This document shows positions 13,155 through 29,301 of a DNA stretch of 64,000 bases, in pieces. The stretch's first letter is position 1. Every line of letters starts with the position of its first letter. The stretch is from NCBI RefSeq assembly GCF_009914755.1, contig NC_060929.1. One strand, written 5' to 3'. A program made the translations under genes and the position numbers. The stretch comes from the human T2T-CHM13v2.0 reference genome, Homo sapiens. The notes under the pieces are model-generated. The model saw only the letters and a program-made list of their open reading frames with translations. It did not search any database and had not been told where the DNA came from.

Positions 13155-13380
13155 GCTATTTATTTAGTGTGCATTTTTTATTAGGCACTAAAGAGGTTCA
13201 TTTACATAGTTTCACACAAACCCCGAAGCAGAAATTATAAGCTTCGTGTTACAGATTTGGAAACTGAGAAAATTCAATGGTATTAAAACAACAGAAACAA
13301 CAATAGAAACAAATGTTGACGTGCTTTTGAACATCAGAGCCAAGATCCTAACAGAGGTCTGATTAACTTTAAGTCATGTG
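13155..13380 (-). mobile_element. MIR SINE
   Basis: TTAGGCACT...TTACAGATTTGGAAACTGAG core. Confidence 0.6.
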
Positions 13381-13786
13381 CTTTCTTTTTTGTTTATTTC
13401 TTGCATTTTCTAATGCAGAGTAGACAGATTTGAAAACACATCCAGGCCTTACTTTCCTCCCTGTTACCATCTATATGTAAATGTTTTGACTCTTGTATTT
13501 GTATATTGATCCAAGACTATGAAATTATGAAGCCTTCCTTGAATGCAAATCAGAGATTTGTATAAGGGTTGGAAAACAGCACAGAGGAGAAAAAAAGAAT
13601 GAGAATGCTCATCATAGCCTCAGTGATAGAACTGGAAGAGATCAGTGGCTTCACAGCCCCTGAACAGCTCTCAGCAAGCAAGTGGGTTTCACAGGCAGCA
13701 CCTCAGGGCTCCATGTAGCAGCCTGCATTCCCTGGAGCTGTGAGAAGCAAAACTCATGCAACTGGTTGCAGACATGTTTACAAGTC

Positions 13787-13970
13787 ACTGGTGGGCCAAA
13801 GATGTGGCCAGAATTGGTCTCAAGACACAGAGAAATCAATAAAAGAAGAAAAAGAAAGGATAACAAAGTAAGAACCAAACTGATGGGCCAAAGATGTGGC
13901 CAGAATTGGTCTCAAGAAACAGAGAAATGAATAAAAGAAGAAAAAGAAAGGGTAACAAAGTAAGAACTAA
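13787..13970. repeat. 92-bp tandem duplication, 2 copies, 5 mismatches
   Basis: GGGCCAAAGATGTGGCCAGAATTGGTCTCAAGA...AACAAAGTAAGAAC occurs in units 13787-13878 and 13879-13970. Confidence 0.95.
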
Positions 13971-14007
13971 ACTAAGAAAGCTACATTAAAAATATAATTA
14001 GAATCTG

Positions 14008-14354
<347 letters not shown>

Positions 14355-15129
14355 TTATATATCTATATATAAAATATATATGTAATTAAAATCTGTATGC
14401 ATCAACCAACATAGACACATGCATAGACAATGGATTGAAAGAAAACAGAAAAACAGGAAAGAGGGGAGGAAGGAGAAAGAGGATTAAATAGGATAGTATG
14501 GGTGGGATGGGACCGATGTACTGCCAGGGTTTTCTGTCGTTTATTATATATACATATGAAAATGAGCTTAGTTCCCATTTTACACATACCAGTTATCATT
14601 CTTTTATTGCAAGTAGGAAAAAGCGAGTAATGGATCATGTAAAAAAAAAAATAGAGGTGATAAGGGAAGGCTGTAGGGTGGCTTAGTAGCTCAGCAAAAC
14701 CGATGAAACAACTCAAGAACTACAGTTCATAGCAGAGTTGGAGTGAAAAGAGCTCCTGGACTCTGGCATGCAGACGCTAATGAATAGTGTCTTTAAGCTG
14801 CTGACACTGGGATGAATTCACTTCAACATTTTCTGTCCTGAGCCATTCGATTAAAGATGCACTTACCCTTGAGAGTTTCACAGGTCCAGCTCAGCCCCGA
14901 TCGTTTGTCCACCACTTGGCGGGGGAATAGAGAGGGGAAGCACATTGATTGGCAGTTCCCACAAAGCTATGGAGAGTAGGGAGGGGTAGTTCCTTAAAAA
15001 AAAAAAAAAAAAAAAAAAAAGATTCTAGGCAGGTACTCCCAACCCAGATCTACCATACTGCATGGCTGTGCCCAGTCCAAAGATCTCCTCCCCAGTTTTC
15101 CAGTGATTCCTGAGATGTGGGATAGCCAA

Positions 15130-15629
15130 GAGAAATTGCACCAGGCATTTCTTTAAAACAGCAGGGAAGATTATTCAAGACTATTGCAATAGGGGAGATT
15201 GAACTCAATGCCATTTGAAACAAAAAGTGGAAGAGTTTTTAAATGCTGGGGTGAGCTAATGGAAAAGTATTGGAGGAGATTAGGCAGGAGGCTAGTCGAT
15301 GTGATTAGGCCTTCTGTGTTTGCTAATTGAAATGTATTGAAGTTAGGCTCCTACTCTCCCACAGAGAATAGGAGATGGTTCTGCCTTTCTTGATGTTTAC
15401 ATTTCAAAGGGAGAGATCCCAGGTCTTCAGAAAGACAATCCTGGGTTGTACACCTGGTAAGAGTCTGAAAGAAGATTTACATCTCAAAAGGGGAGAGAAA
15501 GAATTTTCAACTGAAAGTTGTTTTCTGAAGTAAATTATCTAAGAAAAGGGAGGTCAGAGCCCTGGAGTCAGAAAGAAACCTATGTAAAACTTAGTTAAGC
15601 TGAAAGAAACGTTAAGACCTTTTGGGTCA
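15130..15629 (-). mobile_element. MER31-type ERV1 solo LTR
   Basis: TTCAAGACTATTGCAATAGGGG...GAAGTTAGGCTCCTAC...AAGAAAAGGGAGGTCAG...AACGTTAAG..GGTCA matches the reverse of the recalled MER31 consensus. Confidence 0.75.
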
Positions 15630-15635
15630 TATGTT

Positions 15636-15847
15636 CTTTTCTTTTCTTTTCCTCTTTTCTTTTCCTTTCTTTCCCTTCCCCTCCCCTCCCCTCCCCTCTC
15701 CTCTTCTCTTCTTTGCTTTTCTTTTTCTTTCTATTATAGAGGCGAGCGTCTTGCTATATTCCCCAGGCTGTCCCGGGTTCAAGCAATCCTCCCACCTTAG
15801 CCTCCCAGTGTGCTGGAATTACAGGTGTGAGCCACCACACCCAGCCA
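15636..15847 (-). mobile_element. FLAM (Alu monomer) with tail converted to CT-rich microsatellite
   Basis: A single monomer GTCTTGCTATATTCCCCAGGCTG...GGTGTGAGCCACCACACCCAGCC preceded by (TTTC)/(CCCCT) runs. Confidence 0.85.
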
Positions 15848-16174
15848 CATTCTCTTGATGATAACTTATCACTGTAGCTTCCAACTGCTGCTCCTGAACT
15901 TCCCCAGTTGTTTTACTTTCCCTGCAGGCTGTTGTTGCTCATTTTGGTTTTCTTCTCTCAGAACAGGAAGGAAGCCTCCTGTTTACTGTTCTCCAGAGCA
16001 GCAATCACACACAATGCTGGGCTATGTAAGCCTCATGGGAGACTTGCAGATAAAGGCAGGGAATTACAGCATACAGTAGACAGCAACTTACATTTGTAAG
16101 TTGGAAGTCTGTGCTTTTGAAGTTACACACTCATGTCACACTAATAGTGTGAGGGAACATCTCACACCATTAGG

Positions 16175-16185
16175 ATGACTCAGCA
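16175..16185 (+). promoter_or_regulatory. Consensus NFE2/NRF2/BACH-sMAF (ARE/MARE) motif with embedded AP-1 site
   Basis: ATGACTCAGCA, an exact consensus match. Function not shown. Confidence 0.35.
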
Positions 16186-16870
16186 CCCACCCAGTAAAGA
16201 TCGCCTTTACTCTCTAGCTTCTTTGAATCTCAAGCCACTCCCATCTCCCAACATCCTCCTTCTCAAGCCTCCTGGGGAAAGTGGAAAATTCACATTACAT
16301 TATTATGCAAAGCAAATTGCCCTTTCTGTGTTTCAACCTCTCCTATTCCAGCTAAATCTTAGGATTTACCCATGCATATTCAAATAAGATGTTTTTCTAC
16401 ACAAAAGAGTCTTCCATCCTAGTTTCCACATTTAAAGGAGGAGGGAAAGTTTCAAATTTATATTTATTGTACATGCTTCAGGTCAAATTCTTATGATGGA
16501 ATCAACATCAGAGTATTTGTGTTTTTATCTAAGCATGTAAAAGGGGAAGGAGGCTGAGAAAAGGCAATAGAAATGTTATTTTCCTCCTCCATGGAGGGCT
16601 TATTTATTTATTATTTATTTATTTATTCGTACTCTGAAAGGGGGAGGAGGGAAGAAGGAAGGATGGGAGAGAAAGACAGAGGCAGAGAGAGATAGAGAAA
16701 CTCTTCAAACAAATTGCCAGTGAAATCAAACCATTACCAGTGAGATCATAACCACAGTGATAATGAGATTTTTAAAATATTTATTTCTACTCACCTCTGT
16801 ATTTTTTAATTGTATACTTACTGTTTGCATCTTTGAAAAGAAACAGAAGTGAAATCAAGACAGAAAGCAA

Positions 16871-17176
<306 letters not shown>

Positions 17177-17384
17177 GACAGAATGCAAGGATAGAAATAA
17201 GGTGCTTAAAAAATAATAATGTCCTTGATATATAGCTACACAGACATACAGATAGATTAATAGATAGAATTGATAATCAGTCACTTGCTGACATCCAGAT
17301 CATAGAATATCTGGACGTTAAATAGTCTGGGAAGACCTGACTGAGCAAATGACTAAATAAAGGCCTAAAAAGATATATATTTAA

Positions 17385-17500
17385 AAATGATAAGTATGTG
17401 AGGTGATGGATTTATAAATTAATTAATCATTCCACAATATAAACATGTATCAAACCATGACATCGTACCCCATAAATATATACAATTATTTCTCAAAAAC
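17385..17500 (+). mobile_element. L1MA-type 3' UTR end fragment
   Basis: AAATGATAAGTATGTGAGGTGATGGAT...ATCATTCCACAAT...GTACCCCATAAATATATACAATTATT. Confidence 0.75.
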
Positions 17501-19479
17501 AAAATTTTAATTTTTTAAAATTTAATTTCAAAATAATAATTTAAAGAAAAAGTATCTAGAGATTACTAAACAGCCTATTTCTGGAGATTTTTAGACATTA
17601 CTAAACAACATTTCTACCATTACAAAGAGGAAAAGGTTTAGGAAAGAAGGAAAAAAAAAAAAGCTTAAACCACAGCAAATTTCTTAATAAAGATCATAGC
17701 TGAGATATAGCTATACTAGACCTTACTGGTTGTACTACAGCCAACATCAGAGGGTTCAAAATATTGTACCATGGGCTCTATCTGGTCTGTTGGGATGTTT
17801 AATTTACTATGCAGCCAATGAAAAATTATACTTTTAATGAGTAATAAACATTTATAAAATAAAGACTTAGATTGTTTTCTTTTTTTTTTTAAATTGGAAA
17901 ATATGACAACAGGCTTTTATTTCTATACAGTAATAACCAGCTAAATAACATTCCTCCTAACATAGATAGGGCAGGACGTTCACTTACCCAGATCCATTTG
18001 GCAGGTGGCAGAGTTGTAATCTGGCATTGATGCCTCTGAGCGAGGCAGATGTTCAAAGGAAAATTCTCTTTTATTCTTTTCCCTGGGGAGATGTGGTACC
18101 ACTGTCCCTGGAAACACCCCACTGGAGATCTCTAATCGTGTGCTGTTGGCTCAGTCATTATCCTCTATTTGGCTTCTTACAACTTTCCCTATGCCACTGA
18201 CTTTTAGTGACCCGCGTTGAGGTCGCTTTGCCCTCCCAGCGCTTTCCTTGGGCAGAATCTCTTTTAAGACAGTAAAATTAGCTCCCTTACTCAGAGTCCA
18301 CATCTGTCCTTTCTTCTACCATTGGTAGAACGACAGTCTACTTTAACCATAGCCCCTTCTTCTGGTACCTATTGTTGCTGGCTTTTGGGCTCTTATAAGA
18401 CACCCCTAAACAATAGAAAAGGTCATGTTTAGCTTCCTCTTGTTTGATAGAGTTTAGGTATCTCTTACGGTAAATCTAGTCATTCCTTGTGCTGTATTTA
18501 TCGTAGCCCATACATTGTTACTTGATCAAAGGACTTCTACTTGGTTCCACCTCAGCTCTCTAGCTCCTAGCCCATGGATCCACTGTTCTCTTACTCTTCT
18601 GGTAGTTGCCTCAGAGTACACTCGCTCTAAGAGTTACCAAGAGAGGAATTATGTTTGTGTCTCCTGCCAGAAGAGTCCGGCAGGAACTTGGTAATGGATG
18701 AACAGAGACCCGAATGTGACTCGTTTAAGAATGCAGGAGGCAAAGAGAGAGGGCTTGTTTGCAGAAATGATGATCTGTGCCTGGTTAACCACCTAACCCA
18801 GTTGTGCTCCTACCTAGCGATGCTCCACTTCTCTTTTGAGTAAGAAGTTGAGTTGAGCTGGTAGAGAAAAATGTGCCATAGCAAATTGACCATGAATAAA
18901 ACAAATTTACAAGTTTTTCCTGGGTGTCCGATTGTCTAAAAATCCGCCAGGGAATTGAATTGCCTGTCAGCTGCCCAAATTATTTTACATGCTGCTATTG
19001 AAATTCTTGGTGTGGTAGGTTTTTTAAAAGGAAAATAGGAAATGAGCTGGAAATGATTGATCGAAGTTGAAAATAACAGTATACAGTTACTTCTTCCACA
19101 CAACAAGAACACCATTCATTGCATTTTCTCATCTGCTCAAAGAAGAGAGAATCAAAACAGAAGACCCATTTTAAATGGTGCACCTATTTTACCTGAGGTT
19201 TATTAATTTTTCTCTTGGTGTGTCATTGAGAGTTAAGGATTACAATAACTCTAGTATCTGACAATATTGCTCTGTTATTTAAATTCATTGAGTGAAATCA
19301 ATCCATCAATGAACTATGAATTCATATAAAGGAAAATAACACAGAAGGCACAATTGTTCTAATACGTTCTAAATCTGAGTTAGAATATTCAAATTCTACC
19401 AACAAGGTTTTTTGTTCTGTTTTTGATGGTCCCATTACCTCTTTTTATTACCCGGCCCTCCCCTGAGGATGCTACTTAC

Positions 19480-23025
<3,546 letters not shown>

Positions 23026-23534
23026 TGAGAAAATATACTCTACTTTATTCACAGCTGAGACACTTATGGCACAGAGAAGTGAACAGTATTTTATTTAATA
23101 AGAAAACTGAGCTCCAATTCTCCTGGTTTTGTTCTCCTTTCATTATAAACTGAGATGGCAAATACATGGCTCATTCCATCTTCCCTCTTCCATAAGACTG
23201 ACACTGCTTAAACAGTGCTGCAATCTTTTACAGACAGACTGGAGGAAATGAGACTTGGAAATAGGGACCAGAGCACAAATTCAGTCTTTCGAACATAGGA
23301 GCAGCTCAGACAATGAACTCAGGTCTACATTTCCTGGTAGCATTTCAGAGAAAGGACAAGGGCCTGAGTTGGTATTGGAGGACAGTGGTGAAACATAGTG
23401 ACCTATTTGATAACACCTAATTGCTTCCCAGGTCATATTTGAAGAGCTTTAGTTAGAGAATGCCGGTTGTATTATGCCATCACGCAGCACAGTTTCCTAG
23501 GCTACTGTTAGACGGATAGTTATTTCCCTTAAAC

Positions 23535-23720
23535 TATCAATTATTGAGTCCTTTCTATGTGTCAGATACTATTTTATTCAATCCTTTCAATACTTTTGTA
23601 TTAGGTACTACTATGATCCTCATTTCACAAATGAGAAAAAGGACATCAAATGATTCAGTGATTTGCCAATTTCTACAGGTCTAATAAGGGTGAGCTAGCG
23701 TAAATTGAACAAAAACCCGC
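23535..23720 (-). mobile_element. MIR SINE
   Basis: TTATTGAGT...TATGTGTCAGATACT...AGGTACTACTATGATCCTCATTTCACAAATGAGAAAA. Confidence 0.65.
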
Positions 23721-26290
23721 ATGTACCAGTGCCCTTCCGCCACATTTAAGAAGGGGTTGAGATTAAGGCTGCTTAAATATTTCTAGCTTTAAGTTTCCGT
23801 TGATTTCAGAATTGGGACAGGGTCAATCTTATAGCTAGGAGAATATGAACACATCTATGAGAGAAAGCTAGAGTAATCAGGGTTAGAAATAAGATAGGAT
23901 GCTAATTAAAAAAAAGAAAATGACTAACAAATTTCTTCTAAATGGTTTTGAATGTTTAAGATTATTTGACAGACTATAGGATGACACAAATGACATTAAA
24001 ATTAACATTTTTTTCACAAACACCTTTGGGGTCAATTATTTCACCAATAGAGGCAATTCTCCATTTTGCCAGTAAATAAATAAATTTTGGAACCTCTGAG
24101 AACTTTGGGTGGGGTAGGGGGTGGCGACATGTGTCTTCTAAAATCATTGCCTTTTGTCACAGAGGGGCCTATCTAATAAGAAGTAGTGTTCCACCAAAAA
24201 AAGGCAGTTGGTTGCACATCAAACTGCATGTGGAATGATAGGGATCGCTGAAAATTTGCTGGCCTGGCAGTGAATTAGTTTTTCTGTGTCCTCAGGGATA
24301 GATTGCCCTGTGAGAATTTGAACCTATCAGTTAGCTGTCAAATTTCATTTGACACCTCATCCAAAATTTAAAAGGGGCTGCCAACTGATGTCGAGGATGT
24401 TCTTGGAGGAAGGGAAAGGGCTATTTCTTTCTGGACTAGCAAGATCGAAGCTGCCAAGTGCTTCTACTAAGGGCAGCAAGCGGGCAGCCATTCGCTGAGT
24501 AAACGTCACAGATATTATGGCTTCCTAATGTAAGCAATTCTTTCTCAGCCCCTAAACTCATTTTTTTCTCTCTCTTTTAGGCAGAGGGCGCCCAGAGGCA
24601 TGAAATCCCTAAGGGGATATTTAGCAGAACTCGCAGAACTGCCACTGGAGTGTCAGCCGACAGAGGTTACACCTTGTAACTCCCTGGTTTTTTAACTGCA
24701 GTTGAGTTTTTTATTCTCTTCTTGTCTTCTTCTGTGCATTTTTTTTTTCACTTTACCCCGAATATTTTGCATGCCTGCCCCCTTTTTCAAAATGTAAGGT
24801 TTTCATTTATTCGGTTATAAATGAAGGAAGTTGATGGTAAAGTTGTTCCTGCACATCCTGCAGAAGTGTTTCTCAGGGGAAATGTTCTCTCCCTTCAGTT
24901 GGACCCCTGAAGTTGATGTTTTCTCCAGCACCCCCATGCCCCACTCTCACCCCAGTCTGGCTAACTGCTTTAAATGGCTTATTTGAGTGAGAGCTTCAAC
25001 AATTTGGAAACTGCCCTGAGACAAGGACCCGTGATGGATTCATGATTGACCTCTTGATTATCCGCGGCCATTTGAGGAAGATTAAAAGGGCATGGCAGGA
25101 GAGGTACATTAGCTGCAATCAATCTGCTGCTCCCTTCTTCCTTTCTCCTTCACACAGACTGATTCATCAAAGGACATTTGCAATGCCTCATTTCAGAGAT
25201 TCTGGCTTCAAAGCCAGGCTTTATTTTACAAAGAGAAAAATACTAAAGTCTCTTGCTAGATCCCTTCAGGGCCAAAGAAAAAAAAGAATCATCCTCTAAT
25301 TGTCACTTCTATGCTGGCTCTGGAAAAAAAAAAAGATAAGTACATATGTAAGGGAAGTCATTTTTCATTTGAAAAGTGTAAAGGAAAAACTAGTCCCTTT
25401 TGTTTTATCCCACCATAATTTCTTTGTTAGTTTCTCTGGGCTAGTCATTGGTAGGAAATCTACATGCCTAGAAAACTACAGAGGGCATATAAAGATTTTA
25501 ATTTAAACATTAGCTTCTTAGGTAAATGAAGCTAGGTTCCTGCCTTTGCAATCTAGTTCACACAGGGCCAATTTTATTCTTGTTCCATTATTTCATCGAG
25601 CTTCTGTGATCACCAGTCTCCCTTTGAAGTTGGTTGGAACTCTGAGCACAGATAGATTCCCTGGGTCTTGGAGTAAAATGAGTAGTAGATCTGTAACCTC
25701 ACAGTTCCAAAGGCTTGCTTGTGCTCTTGCTCGCTCTCTCTCTCTCTCTCCCTCTCCCCTTGAGGTCCTCCTCCATGCTCTGGAAATGGCTAAAATTTGT
25801 ATGACTTCTGAAATGAGATCTGTCACACTAACTTGCTAAATGTAGGAATTTTAGTGAACAAACAACTTGTGTGCAAAACAAAAATTACCATAAAGTTTGA
25901 TTTTGTTTCAGGTTATCTTTTTTAGATAGGTTAAACAATCCAGAAAATATAAAACCAGAATGACCATATGCAATCACATCACATGTGACTTTTAAGGATG
26001 ATATTGGATAAGAGGTCACACAAGCTAGATTTTCATGCCAGAGATAATCATTCAATCCATCTGGTTGTTTGTACCCCTTTAGTCCTATCTCTGTCTTGGG
26101 GAGCAGTGCCACAGCTGATGTGGTCAGAAGCTACCACAGGGACCTTGGCCTCCCCATCCCCACATAAACTTGAGGGTCACAAACCCATTATGTGTTCTTA
26201 TGATAGGAAAAAAGAAAGGTGTGGTCCACAATGTGGTAAAAAATAAAAACAAAACAACAACAACAACAAACCCTGATCAGTGGATCTAGA

Positions 26291-26352
26291 ATAGGGTGAT
26301 TCATTGTTCCAGTTTGCCCAGATCTGAGGGGTTTCCTGGGATGTGGGCCTTT
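26291..26352. mobile_element. MER81-like hAT-Blackjack fragment
   Basis: TAGGGTGA...GTTTGCCCAGATCTGAGGGGTTTCCTGGGATGTGGG. Confidence 0.55.
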
Positions 26353-26370
26353 CCATGTGCCTTTCTCTAT

Positions 26371-26839
26371 AAAACTGGCCATAAGGAAATTATCTGACCT
26401 ACATTGTTTGACTGCAGGTCATGAGACCCCCCCTACCCCATTCCAGAGAGGGTCTTGCCTCACACCCAGAAAGAAGGAATGCTGCACAGAGGGGCCTAGA
26501 AGAATCTAACTAGAGAGAAGAATCTAAGCAGGCAGAAGAATCTAACCAGACAGGCCTTGCTGTGTTTCCCCACCCAGTTCATTAGCATTGGATCATGCCC
26601 TTTTCGTCCAATTATATTTCTACATGGGTATCCAAATGAGTGTCCATCCTTTGTTGAATCTAAGCATCAAAAGGGGCATCTCCCTCTGTATCTTTGAGTC
26701 TTCATTCTGAAGCCTTCTGTGTTAGGTAAAACTATGATCAAATAAATTTGTGTGTCTTTTCTCCTATTAATCTGCCTTTTGTCAGCTACTTTCAGCAAAC
26801 CTTCAGAGGGCAAAGGAGAGTTTTCCAACGGCCCCTACA
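26371..26839 (+). mobile_element. MER39-like ERV1 LTR, 3' portion
   Basis: AAACTGGCCATAAGGAAATTATCTGACCTAC...AAACTATGATCAAATAAATTTG...CCTTCAGAGGGCAAAGG...GGCCCCTACA. Confidence 0.7.
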
Positions 26840-28334
26840 TCTTGAAAAGTAACGTGTGGGAACAAAGGGTCCATATGTGTACCAGACAACAACAATCATC
26901 TGGAGTTGTCGTGCACCGACCCATAGAACATGGAAACAGTATGCCTCCTACTCACTTACATTAACTGCCTAGGTCCTGCAGGCATTTGAATAGGCAGCTC
27001 CTGAACTAGATCAGAGATTGGCAATAAATTCACGTGAGGCTCCCCTACCTTGGAGTAATGGCCCTTGATCAAAATTTTGGAAGAAAGATTGCTTCTGTGC
27101 TGCTAATTCTCAAATGAACCCAGATATTAACATCCTAGTGGCCCCCAAAATAAAAATGCCATCTTCTCTTTGGCATTCCTCAGTGAAAATTCATAAAGCT
27201 TAGAGGATCTCTAACGTCTCCTGTAGCTCTAAGACTCTACACTAAAGGCAGGGAACTGCCTATTTTTTGCCTCTCGTTGAAAATACATGTTGTTTTATCC
27301 TTTTAATCGCTGAAATACTTCCTACTTAAAATATGTCAGAAGTGTAAGCCTAACCAGTTTACTCTGATTGCAAATCAAGTGTTTCCTCCAATATGCTTTT
27401 CTGAATTGGGAAAAATGGGGCTCTTAGAGATCAATATGTGGCATTCTTCGTGTTGTGATCAATTGGTGATTAAGTGAAAATGGTTTAGCTTAATTTGCTT
27501 TGAAAAGCTGTGCTTGCGCTGATAAAGTGTAGAAGCATTTCTGAGATGAGATACAAGGAACAGATGTTTAGTATAAAATATTGATAGCACTGAGCAGAGA
27601 TAAGCTTGGGATTTAATTTGTCTTAATATTTCCATTGCTACAAATTCAACAGCTTTTATCTTACTGGGTAATTACAACTTTTTCCCCCTCTGGCATAAGA
27701 TAAGATAGACTTTTTTCAGTTTTCTGTCACTTTTAAACTCTTTATACCCCCCTTCTCTCTGTGTTCTTTTTTCTTCCCCTAGGTACTAGTTTCTTTATTT
27801 TAATTTCAACTGCAATCTTCAGTTACAAGATTAGATAATTTGTTTGTAAAATTCGACATTTTTCTTGCCTGTTGTTTTTAGGGTATCTAATCGTGTTACC
27901 CCTGAAAATGAAATGCACATGTTAGGATATATGTTGTTTTGTCTAGAAGGCCACAGAATGCTGAGATTCAGACAACACAGGAGTTTGTTTTTGTTTATTT
28001 GTTTGTTTCACATGACTTTCAGGCTAAGAAAGGGTTTCTGTTCCACGAGGTCATTTGGGAACACAGGTGGAACAGTAGGTTCTGTCCTCCTTGATATATG
28101 GCTTCCTTTACCATATGGACAGCTGAGGCTTCCTTTGTTACTGTTTTTCAGGCAGCAGGAAGGGCGCTGGGAGCTAGGTGGGTGAGAAGTTCAAGGCAAG
28201 CAACTTGTCTTCAAGGAAGTGACCCGGAAGGTGCACATATCAATTATATTCATTTATCATTGGCTGTTTGTAAATATGTTCACATCTCACTGGAAGGGAG
28301 TCTAGACGATCATTTTATCAATGAAAAAAATACA

Positions 28335-29050
28335 GATTCCCTCTTCTAGTAATATGGCAGAGCAGGTATGCTGAGAGGTCCTCCAAAAAAAAAAAAAAAA
28401 ATCTGAAGGACATCATAAAATAATAGCATTATTGTATTGCTGGAATCAAGAACATGAGGGAAATCTCTGACAGACAAAGGACAGAAGAACAGAAATTTTC
28501 AAAACAGAACAGAAACCCCCCAAAGCAAGCTAAAACAAAGACTGTGAGCAGTGAGTACCCATATTGTCCCCGACTGGGTGCATACTAAGCCTTGGGCCTA
28601 CCAGTCATAGATTTTCAGGATGAAGCCAGAATGGGACTAGAGTAGACCAAGTCAGTCGTGAGCCTTGTCTCATGAACAAAACAACTCAATGAAAGAGAAC
28701 ATCTGAAAAAAAAAATTCCATCAATTTAAGCTTTCAGATTTTGCACAGATAAGAACAAATATGAACTTCCATTCAATATTCCCAAATATACCAAGAAATG
28801 AGTGCCAGGAGTGACAGTCAGCAGAAACACTAAATGAAAGATTTAGTTCCCCAAGTACTTCAGATCTCACAGTGATAAGGTACAAAATATAAAATGCTCA
28901 CCTATGACTATTTAAATAAATAAAAGATGGGATCACAAAAATGAGAAACCAAAAACAGGTTAAAAAGAAAGAGCAGAAAGATTTGAAAAAAAATCGTAAT
29001 AACTTAGAAACTTGAAATATGATTCTTGAAATTACAAAAATAATTCAAAA
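28335..29050 (+). mobile_element. Possible ancient L1M/HAL1 5' fragment
   Basis: CTTCTAGTAATATGGCAG start and a strongly A-rich body. Weak recognition only. Confidence 0.35.
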
Positions 29051-29276
29051 TACAACAAAATAATAATGATTATTATTGTTGTACAAGTTGTACAAGAATG
29101 AGGCTTGGAAAGAGACAGTGACTCTGGGCCACACTTCATTTCCTGGGCCCTAACGCCATGCTCACGTGAGGCCAGAATATTGCATACTGCCTTGTGAAAA
29201 GAGTTTTCATCCCCTTTGAGTGTCCACTCTTTTAACCACAGTCACTGGGACTCACTCAAGGAGGCCAGGCAATCTC

Positions 29277-29301
29277 ATTAGATTAGATTAGATTAGATTA
29301 G
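29277..29301. repeat. (ATTAG)5 microsatellite
   Basis: Directly visible. Confidence 0.9.

Noticed and set aside
24107-24124. G-rich tract as G-quadruplex
   Set aside because: Only three tracts of 3 or more G; not canonical.
27750-27790. Polypyrimidine-AG acceptor-like site (similar ones at ~2866 and ~63502)
   Set aside because: Common in AT-rich DNA, with no supporting exon or donor that I could justify.
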